Positions 48,545 through 58,976 of a stretch of 64,000 nucleotides of DNA are shown here, in pieces. The DNA is from an uncultured Chloroflexia bacterium (GTDB lineage Bacteria; Chloroflexota; Anaerolineae; Anaerolineales; E44-bin32). The notes beneath the pieces are model-generated. The model was not told where the DNA came from. It did not search any database and was given only the letters and a program-made list of their open reading frames with translations. Position 1 is the stretch's first letter, and each line of letters starts with the position of its first letter. The stretch covers positions 172,233-236,232 of the forward strand of contig CAWFSV010000013.1 in the NCBI GenBank assembly GCA_963818575.1, written 5' to 3'. The translations under genes and the position numbers were made by a program.

Positions 48545-49027
48545 TCAGGCAGCCGGCTCAGCTTCCCCTTCGGTCTCCGGCAGCGAGAAGCCGCGGGCGC
48601 GGAGCCGCCGCTTGAAATCGGCCAGGCTCTTGCGTCCGAATCCCTCGACGGCCAGCAGGGCCTCATCGCCCCCCTGCTCCAGTCGCTCGAGGGCCTGCCC
48701 CACGGTCGCGATCCCCGCCTTCGACAGGGCCCCTTCGGCGCGCGCGCCGAGCTCGAGGGCCTGGATGGTCAGATCGGGCGACGTGCGCGAGGCCTCGCGC
48801 GTCTCGACCTCGGTCAGATACTCCTGGCGGGCCTGGAGCTTCTTATAGAACCGGTCCACCTGACCCTCGGTGTCGACGATGCGCTGCTCCCCGGTGTAGA
48901 ACGGGTGGCACTTCGAGCACACGTCGGTGTGGATCATTTCGGTCGTCGAGCCGGTGTGCCAGGTATTGCCGCACGCGCACACGATGGTGGCGTTCGGGAA
49001 GTACTTGGGGTGAATACCTTGCTTCAT
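48545..49027 (-). CDS. rpmE: 50S ribosomal protein L31 fused to a C-terminal RNA polymerase alpha-CTD-like helix-hairpin-helix domain
   Basis: The N-terminal ~70 aa are L31 ([43 protein letters not shown]). The C-terminal ~75 aa [50 protein letters not shown] follow the alpha-CTD pattern [12 protein letters not shown]...I..(I/V)GDL...LL....(L/F)GKKSL.EIK..L...GLSL. Confidence 0.85.
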   Translation of the reverse strand: MKQGIHPKYFPNATIVCACGNTWHTGSTTEMIHTDVCSKCHPFYTGEQRIVDTEGQVDRFYKKLQARQEYLTEVETREASRTSPDLTIQALELGARAEGALSKAGIATVGQALERLEQGGDEALLAVEGFGRKSLADFKRRLRARGFSLPETEGEAEPAA

Positions 49028-49121
49028 GCGCTTTCCTTTCCCCGTGCAATCGTTGCGAGGCGCCTGCGGGCTGATCCCCGGGGTCGAAAGTCAGCCCGTG
49101 CCGCGTCCCCGCACCGGCAGG

Positions 49122-49385
49122 TCAGGCCTGCTCAACCGGAATGACGTTGACCCGCTTGCGTCCGCCGCGGGCGAAGTCGAACTTGACACGGCCATCGGCG
49201 ACGGCGAACAGGGTATCGTCCCCGCCCCGGTCGACGTTCAGGCCGGGATGGATGTGCGTGCCGCGCTGCCGCACGATGATGTGGCCGGATTGGACCAACT
49301 CACCTTCGTACTTCTTGACGCCCAGCCGCTGAGAATTGCTGTCGCGTCCGTTGCGGCTTGAGCCGCCACCCTTCTTGTGTGCCAT
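49122..49385 (-). CDS. rpmA: 50S ribosomal protein L27
   Basis: [39 protein letters not shown]. Confidence 0.95.
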   Translation of the reverse strand: MAHKKGGGSSRNGRDSNSQRLGVKKYEGELVQSGHIIVRQRGTHIHPGLNVDRGGDDTLFAVADGRVKFDFARGGRKRVNVIPVEQA

Positions 49386-49401
49386 GATCTTGCTCCGCTG
49401 C

Positions 49402-49842
49402 CTACTTCTTCTTCGGCGCCGTCTTGGGCTTGGGCTTGGGCGCCTCCGCCTTCTTGGCGGCCGGCGCGGCTGTCCGGGTCCTGGGGGCGGCCTTCTTCGG
49501 TGCGGCCGCGGGCTTCGGGCGCTCGCCGGGCTCGCCGATGCCGTCGACCATCACCCGCGTGTACTGCTGTCGGTGGCCCCGCTTCTTCCGGTAGCGCTCC
49601 TTGGGGATGTAGCGGTAGACGATCACCTTGGTGCCCTTGGTGTGCTCGGTGACCGTGGCATGGACCTTGATCCCCTGGACTGCCGGGGTACCGATGCGGA
49701 CGTCGCTGCCGTCCACCACCAGCAAGATCCGGTCGAACTCTACGGCCTTGCCCACCTCGACCGGCAGCCGGTCGACTTCCAGGGCCTGGCCCTCGCGGGC
49801 GACGTACTGCTTCCCGCCCGACTCGACAATTGCGTAGCTCAT
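49402..49842 (-). CDS. rplU: 50S ribosomal protein L21 with a Lys/Ala/Pro-rich C-terminal tail
   Basis: [39 protein letters not shown], then ..[39 protein letters not shown]. Confidence 0.93.
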   Translation of the reverse strand: MSYAIVESGGKQYVAREGQALEVDRLPVEVGKAVEFDRILLVVDGSDVRIGTPAVQGIKVHATVTEHTKGTKVIVYRYIPKERYRKKRGHRQQYTRVMVDGIGEPGERPKPAAAPKKAAPRTRTAAPAAKKAEAPKPKPKTAPKKK

Positions 49843-49956
49843 GTTCCTGTCTCCAGCTTCGCTTCGCCGCCGGTCCCGCGCTGTGCGCCGGCCGGCGGGG
49901 AAGTTGGGGATACGCAGTCCCGCCCCAACACGCCGGTTGGGGCAGGTCTGGTCATT

Positions 49957-52900
49957 CTACCAGCCCCGCCACCGGCTGTCAATCGCCGGCGTCGGCTCGA
50001 GTTCCGTCTCCACCGCCGGGACGGCGATCGGCTCCAGGCGCTCGTCATGCAGCACAGCCTCCTCGCCCGGGAAACCGGTGCCGGCCGGGATGAGCTTGCC
50101 GATGATCACGTTCTCCTTCAGCCCGCGCAGGTAGTCGATCTTGCCCTCGATCGCCGCGCCGGCCAGCACCTTGATCGTGTGCTGGAAGGAGGAGGCGGAG
50201 AGGAACGACTCGGTGTTCAGCGACGCCTTGGTCACTCCGAGCAGGATCTGGGCCCCGCGCGCCGGCTGCCCGGTGTCGGTCAGCATCCTCTCGTTCATGG
50301 CCTGCAGGTGCAGCCGGTCGACCAGGTCGCCGGGCAGCAGGTCGCTGTCGCCGGGCTGCGTGATCTGCACCTTGGAGAGCATCTTGCGGATGATGACCTC
50401 GAAATGCTTGTCGTTGATGTTCTGACCCTGCGAGCGGTAGACCTTCTGGACTTCGGTCATCAGGTACAGCTCGCATGCCTCGCGGCCCAGAATGCGCAGG
50501 ATCCGATGCGGGTTGAGCGAGCCCTCGGTGAGCTGCTCCCCGGCCACCACCTTGGCGCCATCCTTGACCAGCAGACGGGCGCTGGCCGGGATCTCCACCT
50601 CGAACTCGTCGACCTGATCGTAGGCGACGACGGCTTTCTTGTCTTCCAGCCGCAGGCGCCCGGTGTGGCTGACGACGACCTGCAATTCGCCGCGCGTGGC
50701 GATCACGTCCCCGGCCTGGACCTCGACGCCGTCCTCGACCTTCACCGACCAGTTGCCCGGGATCGGATACTCGTCCTGGATCAGCTGGCTGTTGACGATG
50801 CGCAGCACCCGCTGCCCTTCAGGCGAATCGGGCACGTGGATGTGGAGCGTGCCGGCGATCTCGGCCGTCACCGCCTCGCCCTTGGGCTTCTTGCGCGCCT
50901 CGAACAGCTCCTCGACGCGCGGCAAGCCGGTGGTGATGTCGCCGCCGGCGGCCACGCCGCCGGTGTGGAAGGTGCGCAGCGTCAGCTGCGTGCCCGGTTC
51001 GCCGATCGACTGTGCGGCGACGATGCCCACCGCCGCGCCCAGCTCCACCATCTTGGCCCGCCCCAGGTCCTGCCCGTAGCATTGCCCGCACATCCCGAAC
51101 AGCAGCTCGCAGGTGAGCGGGGAGCGGACGTAGACTTCCTGAACGCCGGAGCGGCCGAGGGCCAACGCCAGATCCATGTCGACGACCTGGCCGCCTTCGG
51201 CCAGGATCTCGCCCGTGGCCGGGTCGACGACGCGGGCGGCGGTGATACGGCCGAAGAGGCGCGACGGGTAGTCCTGCCCGGCCACATCGTCCGACCGACG
51301 GACGAAGATGCCCTTGTCGGTGCCGCAGTCGTCGGCGTTGATGATCATGTCCTGGGCGACATCGACCAGGCGGCGGGTGAGGTAGCCGGCATCGGCGGTA
51401 CGCAGGGCGGTATCGGTCAGACCCTTGCGGGCGCCGTGGGTCGAGATGAAGTACTCGAGCGTGTTCAACCCATCGCGGAAGTTCGAGCGGATGGGGAGCG
51501 GGATGATGCGCCCGGCCGGATCGGCCATCAGGCCGCGCATGCCGGCCAGCTGCGAGATCGGGCCGAAGCCGCCCTTGGTGGCGCCGGAGATGGCCATCGT
51601 GCTCAGGTTGCCCGACGGATCCATGGCGGCGCGAACCGCAGCGGCCACCGTCAGGGTCGTCTCCTGCCACAGCGCGATCGTGCGCTCGTTCTGCTCCTGG
51701 TCGGTCAGCAGGCCGCGGCGGTAGTCGCGGCTGATCGCTTCCGCCTCCAGGAGCGTCTTGGCGATGATGGCGCTCTTCTCCGCCGGCACGGTGATGTCCG
51801 AGACGGCGATCGTCGTCCCGGAAACCGTGGCGTACTGGAAACCGATGTCCTTGATGGCGTCGACCACCGTCGGCGTGCCCTCTTCGCGCAGCACCAGATA
51901 CACCTCGCCGACCAGCTTCTGCATCGAGCCCTTGTCCAGGACGCGGTTGACAAAGTGCAGCTCCGGCGGAAGCACCCGGTTGAAGAGCACGCGTCCGACG
52001 GTCGTCTGCAGCATGCGGGTCTCCGGCTCAGCCAGACGGACGCCCTTGTCGTCGTACCAGGTTTCGGTCCTCAGCCGGATCGGCGTGTGGATCTCCACCT
52101 GGTCCAGCCCGTAGGCCAGCTCGACCTCGTCCATGTCGGCGAAGGCGCGCCCTTCCCCGCGATGCTTGCGGTTCTCGACCAGCATCGTCAGGTAGTACAC
52201 GCCGAGCACCATGTCCTTCGACGGGCTGACGATCGGCTCGCCGTCCGCGGGCTTGAGCAGGTTCTTGGTGGACAGCATCAGCGAGCGGGCTTCCTCGACC
52301 GCCTTGGACGACAGCGGGACGTGGACCGACATCTGGTCGCCGTCGAAGTCGGCATTGAACGCGGCGCACACCAGCGGATGGAGGTGGATGGCCTTGCCCT
52401 CCACCAGCACGGGCTCGAACGCCTGGATGCCCAGGCGGTGGAGCGTCGGGGCGCGGTTGAGAAGCACCGGGCGGTCCTTGATCACCTCTTCCAGGACCTC
52501 CCACACCTCCGGGCGCTCCCGTTCGATGATGCGCTTGGCGCCCTTGACATTGGCGGCGTAGTTGTAGGAAACCAGCTTGGAGATGACGAAGGGACGGTAG
52601 AGCTCCAGCGCCATCGTCTTGGGCAGGCCGCACTGGAACAGCTTCAGGTGCGGGCCGATGACGATCACGGAGCGGCCGGAGTAGTCGACGCGCTTGCCGA
52701 GCAGGTTGCGGCGGAAGCGCCCCTTCTTGCCCTTGAGCATGTCGCTGAGCGACTTGAGCTCGCGTCGGCCCCTTCGGGAGAGCGCCTTACCGCGCTGGGC
52801 GTTGTCGATCAGCGAGTCGACCGCCTCCTGCAGCATGCGCTTCTCGTTGCGCACGATCACGTCCGGTGCACCGAGTTCGACCAGGCGCTTGAGGCGGTTG

Positions 52901-54228
52901 TTGCGGTTGATCACCCGCCGGTACAAGTCGTTCAGGTCGGAGGTGGCGAAGCGACCGCCGTCGAGCTGGACCATCGGGCGCAGGTCGGGCGGAATCACCG
53001 GCAGGACGGTCATCACCATCCACTCCGGACGGTTGCCCGAGCGCCGGAACGCCTCGACGACCTTCAATCGCTTGGTGGCCTTCTTCTTGCGCTGCTTGCT
53101 GCGCGTCGTGCGGGACTCCTCCCACAGCTCCTTGGACAGCGTCTCCAGATCGATGCGCTGCAGGATTTCGTAGAAGGCTTCGGCGCCCATGTCGGCCCGA
53201 AAGACCTGGCCCCACTTCGCCTTGAGCTCGCGGTAGCGCGTCTCGCCCAGGAACATCATCGGGGCGATGGCGGTCAGTTCATCGCGATCGGAATCCAGTT
53301 GCTCGCGGGCCGTCGAGCCGTCGTCGTCGACGGCGTCGCGCAGCTCGGCCATCGCCAGGTCGGATTCGGCCTTGACCTTGTCGACCTGCAGGGTGATGCG
53401 CTCCAGCTCGCGGTTGCGCTTCTCCTTGCCGGTGGCCTCGATCTCGTCCAGCCGCACCTTGACCACTTCCTGGACGCGGGTGATGTGGTCGGAGGTGATG
53501 GTCTCGCCCTTGTCGGCGATGAGCGTGTCGGTCTCGTTAAAACGGATCGCCGCCCGGATGGTCTTGTCGAGCTTCTCGGTCAGCGAGCGTTCGAGCGACT
53601 GACCCTCGCGGATGATCGGATCAATGCGCGCCGCCACGTCCTCGGAGAAGCTCTCCTCGACCTGGCGCTTGCGCTCCTCCAGGTCCTCCAGGCGCTTCTT
53701 GCGGTTGGCTTTGATCTGGGCGATGCGCTGGTTGAGGCCGTCGGCCTGTTCCTTCTCCAGCCGTCCGATCTCATCCTCGATGCGCTTGAGGGCCTTGCGC
53801 CGGGCCTCTTCGTCGATATGCGTGACCACGTACTGGGCGAAGTACAGCACCCGATCGAGGTTGCGGCGAGAGATGTCGAGCAGCAGCCCGAGGTAGGACG
53901 GCACCCGCCGCGTGTACCAGACGTGCGCCACCGGCGCCGCCAGCGTGATGTGTCCCATGCGCTCGCGGCGCACCGACGACCGCGTCACCTCGACGCCGCA
54001 CTTCTCGCAGGTGATGCCCTTGAAGCGGATGTTCTTGTACTTGCCGCAGTAGCACTGCCAGTCCTTCGTCGGCCCGAAGATCGCTTCGCAGAACAGGCCG
54101 TCTTTCTCCGGACGCAGCCGCCGGTAGTTGATCGTCTCCGGCTTCAGCACCTCACCGTACGACCAGCTCAGGATGATTTCCGGCGACGCCAGACTGATTC
54201 GCAGAGCTTTGAACGATTTGGATTCCAC
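49957..54228 (-). CDS. rpoC: DNA-directed RNA polymerase subunit beta'
   Basis: 1423-aa intact ORF (GTG start). Zn-finger [24 protein letters not shown] and the trigger-loop/bridge-helix blocks are present. Confidence 0.97.
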   Translation of the reverse strand: MESKSFKALRISLASPEIILSWSYGEVLKPETINYRRLRPEKDGLFCEAIFGPTKDWQCYCGKYKNIRFKGITCEKCGVEVTRSSVRRERMGHITLAAPVAHVWYTRRVPSYLGLLLDISRRNLDRVLYFAQYVVTHIDEEARRKALKRIEDEIGRLEKEQADGLNQRIAQIKANRKKRLEDLEERKRQVEESFSEDVAARIDPIIREGQSLERSLTEKLDKTIRAAIRFNETDTLIADKGETITSDHITRVQEVVKVRLDEIEATGKEKRNRELERITLQVDKVKAESDLAMAELRDAVDDDGSTAREQLDSDRDELTAIAPMMFLGETRYRELKAKWGQVFRADMGAEAFYEILQRIDLETLSKELWEESRTTRSKQRKKKATKRLKVVEAFRRSGNRPEWMVMTVLPVIPPDLRPMVQLDGGRFATSDLNDLYRRVINRNNRLKRLVELGAPDVIVRNEKRMLQEAVDSLIDNAQRGKALSRRGRRELKSLSDMLKGKKGRFRRNLLGKRVDYSGRSVIVIGPHLKLFQCGLPKTMALELYRPFVISKLVSYNYAANVKGAKRIIERERPEVWEVLEEVIKDRPVLLNRAPTLHRLGIQAFEPVLVEGKAIHLHPLVCAAFNADFDGDQMSVHVPLSSKAVEEARSLMLSTKNLLKPADGEPIVSPSKDMVLGVYYLTMLVENRKHRGEGRAFADMDEVELAYGLDQVEIHTPIRLRTETWYDDKGVRLAEPETRMLQTTVGRVLFNRVLPPELHFVNRVLDKGSMQKLVGEVYLVLREEGTPTVVDAIKDIGFQYATVSGTTIAVSDITVPAEKSAIIAKTLLEAEAISRDYRRGLLTDQEQNERTIALWQETTLTVAAAVRAAMDPSGNLSTMAISGATKGGFGPISQLAGMRGLMADPAGRIIPLPIRSNFRDGLNTLEYFISTHGARKGLTDTALRTADAGYLTRRLVDVAQDMIINADDCGTDKGIFVRRSDDVAGQDYPSRLFGRITAARVVDPATGEILAEGGQVVDMDLALALGRSGVQEVYVRSPLTCELLFGMCGQCYGQDLGRAKMVELGAAVGIVAAQSIGEPGTQLTLRTFHTGGVAAGGDITTGLPRVEELFEARKKPKGEAVTAEIAGTLHIHVPDSPEGQRVLRIVNSQLIQDEYPIPGNWSVKVEDGVEVQAGDVIATRGELQVVVSHTGRLRLEDKKAVVAYDQVDEFEVEIPASARLLVKDGAKVVAGEQLTEGSLNPHRILRILGREACELYLMTEVQKVYRSQGQNINDKHFEVIIRKMLSKVQITQPGDSDLLPGDLVDRLHLQAMNERMLTDTGQPARGAQILLGVTKASLNTESFLSASSFQHTIKVLAGAAIEGKIDYLRGLKENVIIGKLIPAGTGFPGEEAVLHDERLEPIAVPAVETELEPTPAIDSRWRGW

Positions 54229-54363
54229 CCGGTTCCTCCACGGCCCACTCGGACTGGAACATACGTGCTACCCGACTGACAACGCGAAACGAGCGCCTGA
54301 GGCCCTTGTGTCCTCAAGCGCTTCCTCTGCCGCCGGTCGATTACCGAGAATCACGTGGGGAGA

Positions 54364-54391
54364 ATTATAAGGCCGTAATCCACTCTGTCAA
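54364..54391 (-). promoter_or_regulatory. Perfect consensus promoter TTGACA-16-TATAAT about 135 nt upstream of rpoC
   Basis: On the minus strand TTGACA lies at 54391..54386 and TATAAT at 54369..54364, just 11 nt downstream of the kinase stop codon. Confidence 0.7.
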
Positions 54392-54401
54392 GGTGGAAAA
54401 G

Positions 54402-57400
54402 CTACCCCGCGAGACGGGCGGGAAGCTCCAGCGTGAAGGTGCTGCCGACGCCGAGCCGGCTCTCGACCGTCACCCGCCCTCCGTGCTGCTCCACCACCGA
54501 CTTGACGATCGCCAGGCCGAGGCCCGAGCCCTTCTCGCGCAGCGTCTCGCTGCGCCGCGCCCGATAGAACTTCTCGAACAGACGCGCCTGGTCGGTCGGG
54601 GCGATCCCGACGCCGGTGTCTTCCACGCTGATGGTCTGCCGTCCGTCGTGCTGCCGGGCACGCAGCGTCACCCGCCCACCCGCCTGCGTGTACTTGATGG
54701 CGTTGTCCACCAGGTTCGCCACCGCCTGGCGCAGCAGCGTCAGGTCGGCTTCGATCGGACGCATGCCCCCGGCTACGTCGGTCGCCAGCGAGATCCGTTT
54801 GTTGGCCGCCTGCGCCTGGTACGCGCCGGACACGTCCTGCACGACGCTGTCGACGCTGACGGTCTCGAGGTTCAGCCCCACGCCGGCTTCGATCCGCCCC
54901 AGGTCCAGCAGATTGTCGACCAGCTGCGTCATCTGCTCGACGCTCTCGTGGATCTTGCGCACGAAGTCCTTCTGCTGCTCGTTCATCGCGCCGACCATCG
55001 AGAGCATGGTTGCATAGCCGCGCATCAGCGTCAGCGGCGCGCGCAGGTCATGGCTGACGGTGGACACGAATTCCGACTTGAGCATGTCGACTTTCTTGAA
55101 GTGCGTGATGTCCCACAGCACGCACACCCGGCCTCCCTCGCCGTCCCCGCCCGGGCGAATGTCGGTGGCGGTCGCAAACAGCGCCCGTCCCGTCCCCATG
55201 GCGACCTCGGCCGTGCGCACTTCCGATCCGGCATGCAGCAGCTCGAGGACTTCTCGCGACGTCACCCATTCCGTCGCCGGCTTCCCCAGCACGTCTTCGA
55301 TATTGCCGCGCAGCACGGCTTCCGCCGCCGGATTGGCCAGCGTGATCCTTCCCCGTCGGTCGGTCGCCAGGACGGCATCCGGGGTTGCCTCGAGCACGGC
55401 GCCCAGCCGCAACCGTTCCTGTTCGGCGCGATGGAACAGGCGGGCGTTGCTGACGGACACGCCGATCTGGGAGGCGAGAATCGTCAGCAGGTTGCTGGAG
55501 TCCGGAGGCAGCGACTGGGCCCGGCGGTAGCCGAGCCAGATCGTACCGATGAACGTCTGCTCATCGCGCAGCGGCACCGCGGCCAATCCCTGCAGCGGCT
55601 CGGTCACCTGAGCGAGGTTGAGGACGGCGCGGGCGCGCCCGGGGTTCTCGAGGGTGAAGCGTCCTCGCTGCCGCGCCAGCTCCACGACCTGCGCGTCCAG
55701 CGACGCCCAGTTGCCGCGGTCTTTCCCGGCGCTGAAGACCTCCATCGAGCTGCCGGGCTCGCCGCCCGGCCCGAGCAGGGCAACCCGGACATGATCGGCG
55801 CGCAGCAATCGGCCGATGCCTTCCAGAATCGGCGGCAGGATCCCGGCCAGATCGAAGCTCGACGCCAGGCGCTGGCTGGAGGCGAGCAGCAAGTCCATCT
55901 CGCCCAGCCGGGCTTGCAGGCTGCGGCGCATCCCTTCGAACGACATCGCCAGGCGCCCGATCTCATCCTCGCTGCGCACCCGGATCGGCAGCGCCAGATT
56001 CCCGCGGGCGATCGATTCCGCCGCCAGGGCCATCTCACGCAGCGGCCGCGTCAGGCGACGACTGGTGGCATACAGCACGAGCATCATCACCGCCCCGACG
56101 GCCACCAACACCGCCACCAGGCGCGTCGCCAGCTGGACCGCCAGCGCATTGATCGTACGCTGCGGAATGCTGACGACCACCTGCCAGGGATAGCCTTCGG
56201 CCGCCCGGATCAACACCCACTGCCGCGTGCCGTCGGCGGCGATGACCGCCGAGGCTGCCCCGCTGCGCGGCGGAAGCGCCGCCGTCTGCAGGATGCGCGC
56301 CGGATCCGGGTGCACCAGGATGCGGCCCGCCTCGTCGACGATGAAGGCTTCGCCTTCGGTGATCGCCTCCAGCTGCTCGACGATCGGCAGGAACAACGGA
56401 TTGCTCGCCAGGTCGGTCCAACCGGCCAGCGCGCCTCCGGTGCGGCCACCTTCCGTCGTGGCCAGCGGGACGATAAACGCCAGCCTCGCCCCGGAGCTGG
56501 CCGGAGCCGGGGCGACGACGTGTTCCTGTGTGCTTCCCTCCAGCGCCAGCGCCAGCGACGGGCCGATCTCGAGCAGCGCCTGCGCCTCGGCCGGATCGGC
56601 GGAGGTGGTCGCCGTCAGCCGGCCCGTCGGATCGAAGGTGCTGAGGCGCGAGAAGAACGGCACCTGCCTCAACACCGCACCCAGCGCCTCCGACTCGGAA
56701 ACGCCGTCCGCGCGCTGGGCGGTGTAGGACTGCGCCGCTTCCTGTGCAAACGACCGGCCGCTCTGGATGAAGAACGGGATCCCGCCTCCGACGACGCCGG
56801 CGGTTTGTTCCATCTGCGATTCGACCAGGTCCCGCGCCGCCGATTGGGCCAGGAGCCAGTTGCCCAGCAGGAGCACGATCCCGGCGACGAGCCCGACGCC
56901 GGCGAAGGCGGTCAACAACCTGGCGGCGAGGGATCGGTTGTAGGGTGCACGCACGAGCCGCTTGGGCTGGAACCACAGGGAAGGGGCGATGGTCCGCAGC
57001 GCCTCGCAGATGACCCCGGCGCTCCCGAGCTCGAGGACAAGGGCGAGCATCCCGGGCAGCAGCCAGGACATGCCGTACTCGAGTGCATCGTATCCGCTGC
57101 CCCCGGCGTAGGTCACGCGTTCGACGGCACCCAATACCGCGAGCAAGACGCCTGCCGGCAGGCTGACCAGCAGCGGACTGCGCAATCCCCGACCGGTCCA
57201 TTCCACGTATCCCTGCCGCAGAACGCTGGCGACCAGCGCCGCGACCAGGGCCGTGTGAATCGGGGTCAGCAAACCGTGTGTGGAGAATCCCGCAGTGGCG
57301 AACCCGGCCACCAGCCCCACCAGGGCCGCTTCCGTGACGCCTGCGACGCCGCCTGCCAACAACCACGGCAACGCGCCCAGGACGGAGAAGGATGCCGCCG

Positions 57401-57674
57401 GGGCGACACCCCCCTGCCCGGGGAGCGGAAGTCCCGAGATCGCGGGAAGATGGACGACGAGCGATTGCGATGCCAGGGGCGCCAGGAGCAGGAGCAGGAG
57501 GAACAGCAGCGGGCGGCTCGCCTGCGAGGAGGTTTTGCGGGACCGCTGGATCAGATCCCGGAGGACGATCCCCAGGGTCAGCAAGAGGGTAAGCGCGAAC
57601 CAGACATACCCGGAGGAGCGAACGGGCAGTCCTAGCGCAAGGTTCGCGTCGAAGCCCCAGAGGTCGAAGAGCAT
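54402..57674 (-). CDS. Large membrane sensor histidine kinase (multi-TM N-domain, extracytoplasmic domain, HAMP, GAF, PAS, HisKA, HATPase_c)
   Basis: 1090-aa intact ORF. H-box FVSTVSHDLRAPLT, N/G boxes NLVDNAIKYT, DTGVGI, GSGLGLAIV. TGcTATAAT on the minus strand lies at 57710..57702. Confidence 0.9.
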   Translation of the reverse strand: MLFDLWGFDANLALGLPVRSSGYVWFALTLLLTLGIVLRDLIQRSRKTSSQASRPLLFLLLLLLAPLASQSLVVHLPAISGLPLPGQGGVAPAASFSVLGALPWLLAGGVAGVTEAALVGLVAGFATAGFSTHGLLTPIHTALVAALVASVLRQGYVEWTGRGLRSPLLVSLPAGVLLAVLGAVERVTYAGGSGYDALEYGMSWLLPGMLALVLELGSAGVICEALRTIAPSLWFQPKRLVRAPYNRSLAARLLTAFAGVGLVAGIVLLLGNWLLAQSAARDLVESQMEQTAGVVGGGIPFFIQSGRSFAQEAAQSYTAQRADGVSESEALGAVLRQVPFFSRLSTFDPTGRLTATTSADPAEAQALLEIGPSLALALEGSTQEHVVAPAPASSGARLAFIVPLATTEGGRTGGALAGWTDLASNPLFLPIVEQLEAITEGEAFIVDEAGRILVHPDPARILQTAALPPRSGAASAVIAADGTRQWVLIRAAEGYPWQVVVSIPQRTINALAVQLATRLVAVLVAVGAVMMLVLYATSRRLTRPLREMALAAESIARGNLALPIRVRSEDEIGRLAMSFEGMRRSLQARLGEMDLLLASSQRLASSFDLAGILPPILEGIGRLLRADHVRVALLGPGGEPGSSMEVFSAGKDRGNWASLDAQVVELARQRGRFTLENPGRARAVLNLAQVTEPLQGLAAVPLRDEQTFIGTIWLGYRRAQSLPPDSSNLLTILASQIGVSVSNARLFHRAEQERLRLGAVLEATPDAVLATDRRGRITLANPAAEAVLRGNIEDVLGKPATEWVTSREVLELLHAGSEVRTAEVAMGTGRALFATATDIRPGGDGEGGRVCVLWDITHFKKVDMLKSEFVSTVSHDLRAPLTLMRGYATMLSMVGAMNEQQKDFVRKIHESVEQMTQLVDNLLDLGRIEAGVGLNLETVSVDSVVQDVSGAYQAQAANKRISLATDVAGGMRPIEADLTLLRQAVANLVDNAIKYTQAGGRVTLRARQHDGRQTISVEDTGVGIAPTDQARLFEKFYRARRSETLREKGSGLGLAIVKSVVEQHGGRVTVESRLGVGSTFTLELPARLAG

Positions 57675-57736
57675 CTCGTTGATGAGCGCGGGTGTGACGG
57701 CATTATAGCATCGCGACCGCCCGGCGACGCATCCGC

Positions 57737-57765
57737 TTGCCCGGGCTTCCGCTTTATGCTAGACT
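57737..57765 (+). promoter_or_regulatory. Promoter of the REC-TadZ-like operon (TTGCCC-17-TAGACT with TGc extension)
   Basis: ttgccc at 57737-57742 and tatgcTAGACT at 57755-57765, the same TATGCTAGACT string as at 25252-25262. Confidence 0.45.
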
Positions 57766-57804
57766 GCCCGCGCTTGTCCAGACCGCAGGTGTGGCGGCAA
57801 CCGC

Positions 57805-58962
57805 ATGGCCGAAAAGATCCTGATCATCGACGACGATGTCGATACGCTCAAACTGGTGGGCCTGATGCTCGAGCGTCAGGGCTACCGCATCGCCGTTGCC
57901 AGCAACGGGACCTTGGGGATCAGCCGCGCGGCGGTGGAAAAGCCGGATCTGATCCTGCTCGACGTGATGATGCCGGACCTGGACGGGTACGAGGTCACCC
58001 GGCGACTGCGCACCGACCCTGCTCTGGCGCACATCCCGATCATCATGTTCACCGCCAAGAGCATGGTGGACGACAAGGTGGCCGGTTTCGAGGCCGGCGT
58101 CGACGACTACCTCACCAAGCCGACACATCCAGCCGAGCTGACGGCGCACGTCAAGGCCGTCCTCTCGCGGATCACGACCGCCAAGGCGGCGCCCACACCC
58201 AGCCGCGATCGCGAGCGCGCCCGGGTCGTCGCCTTCCTGGGCGCCCGAGGGGGCTCGGGGACCTCGACGCTGGCCCTGAACACCGCCGTCGTCCTGCACG
58301 GCGGCGGCCAGGACGTGATCCTGGCCGAGTTCAATCCCGGGCGCGGATCGATCGCCCTCGACCTCAACCTCCCGAACCCGGTGGGGCTCAGCAACCTGCT
58401 GACCCGCTCGCTGAAGGATATCCACCTGCGTTCGATCGACGGCGAACTGACCGCCCACCGCACAGGCGTGCGGCTTCTCCTGGCCTCTTCCCGCCCCAAG
58501 GAGTTGGAACTCGAACAGGCCGTCCCGCAGATGGAGGCGATCGTCAACAACCTGGCGACGATGGCCACGCTGATCGTGCTCGACCTGGGCGCGGGACTGC
58601 GACCCTATGTCATGCCGCTGGCCAACCTCTCCGATCGAATCATCCTGGTTGCCGAGCCGGTCTACCCGTCCAACACGATCGCGCGCAATCTGATCGACGA
58701 GCTGGCTTCCAGCGGGCTGGGCCGGCATCGGATCAGCCTGGCCCTCGTGACGCGCGAGCGCACCAGCATGCAGATCCCGTGGCAGCAAATGGCGGCCGAT
58801 CTGGGTGTGGAACTCGCCGGGCTGGTCTCGCCGGCGCCGGAGCAGGCTCACCAATCGGCCCAGAATGGAGCCCCCCTCGTCCTGCTCCACCCCGACACTC
58901 TGGTTGGCGACCAGATTCGCAAGCTCGCCGGCCACATCGCCACCGAACTCCAGCTCGCCTGA
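57805..58962 (+). CDS. Response-regulator receiver fused to a TadZ/CpaE-like (MinD/ParA-fold) domain with a degenerate Walker A
   Basis: The REC part has ILIIDDD, LILLDVMMPDLDGY and IIMFTAK. The ATPase-like part has VVAFLGARGGSGTSTLALN in place of KGGxGK(T/S). Confidence 0.85.
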   Translation: MAEKILIIDDDVDTLKLVGLMLERQGYRIAVASNGTLGISRAAVEKPDLILLDVMMPDLDGYEVTRRLRTDPALAHIPIIMFTAKSMVDDKVAGFEAGVDDYLTKPTHPAELTAHVKAVLSRITTAKAAPTPSRDRERARVVAFLGARGGSGTSTLALNTAVVLHGGGQDVILAEFNPGRGSIALDLNLPNPVGLSNLLTRSLKDIHLRSIDGELTAHRTGVRLLLASSRPKELELEQAVPQMEAIVNNLATMATLIVLDLGAGLRPYVMPLANLSDRIILVAEPVYPSNTIARNLIDELASSGLGRHRISLALVTRERTSMQIPWQQMAADLGVELAGLVSPAPEQAHQSAQNGAPLVLLHPDTLVGDQIRKLAGHIATELQLA

Positions 58963-58976
58963 TCGGGCGTCGTCTC

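Noticed and set aside
49336-54279. 1647-aa ORF on the plus strand, together with similar giants at 54306..57635 (1109 aa), 3878..6295 (805 aa), 9591..11372, 21441..23186 and 30516..32225
   Set aside because: Each lies antisense to a strongly conserved gene (rpoC, the histidine kinase, the ATP-grasp gene, argS and the COG2403 gene). The translations are Arg/Gly/Pro/Asp/His-rich low-complexity strings with no motifs. This is the usual stop-codon-poor antisense artefact of high-GC DNA.
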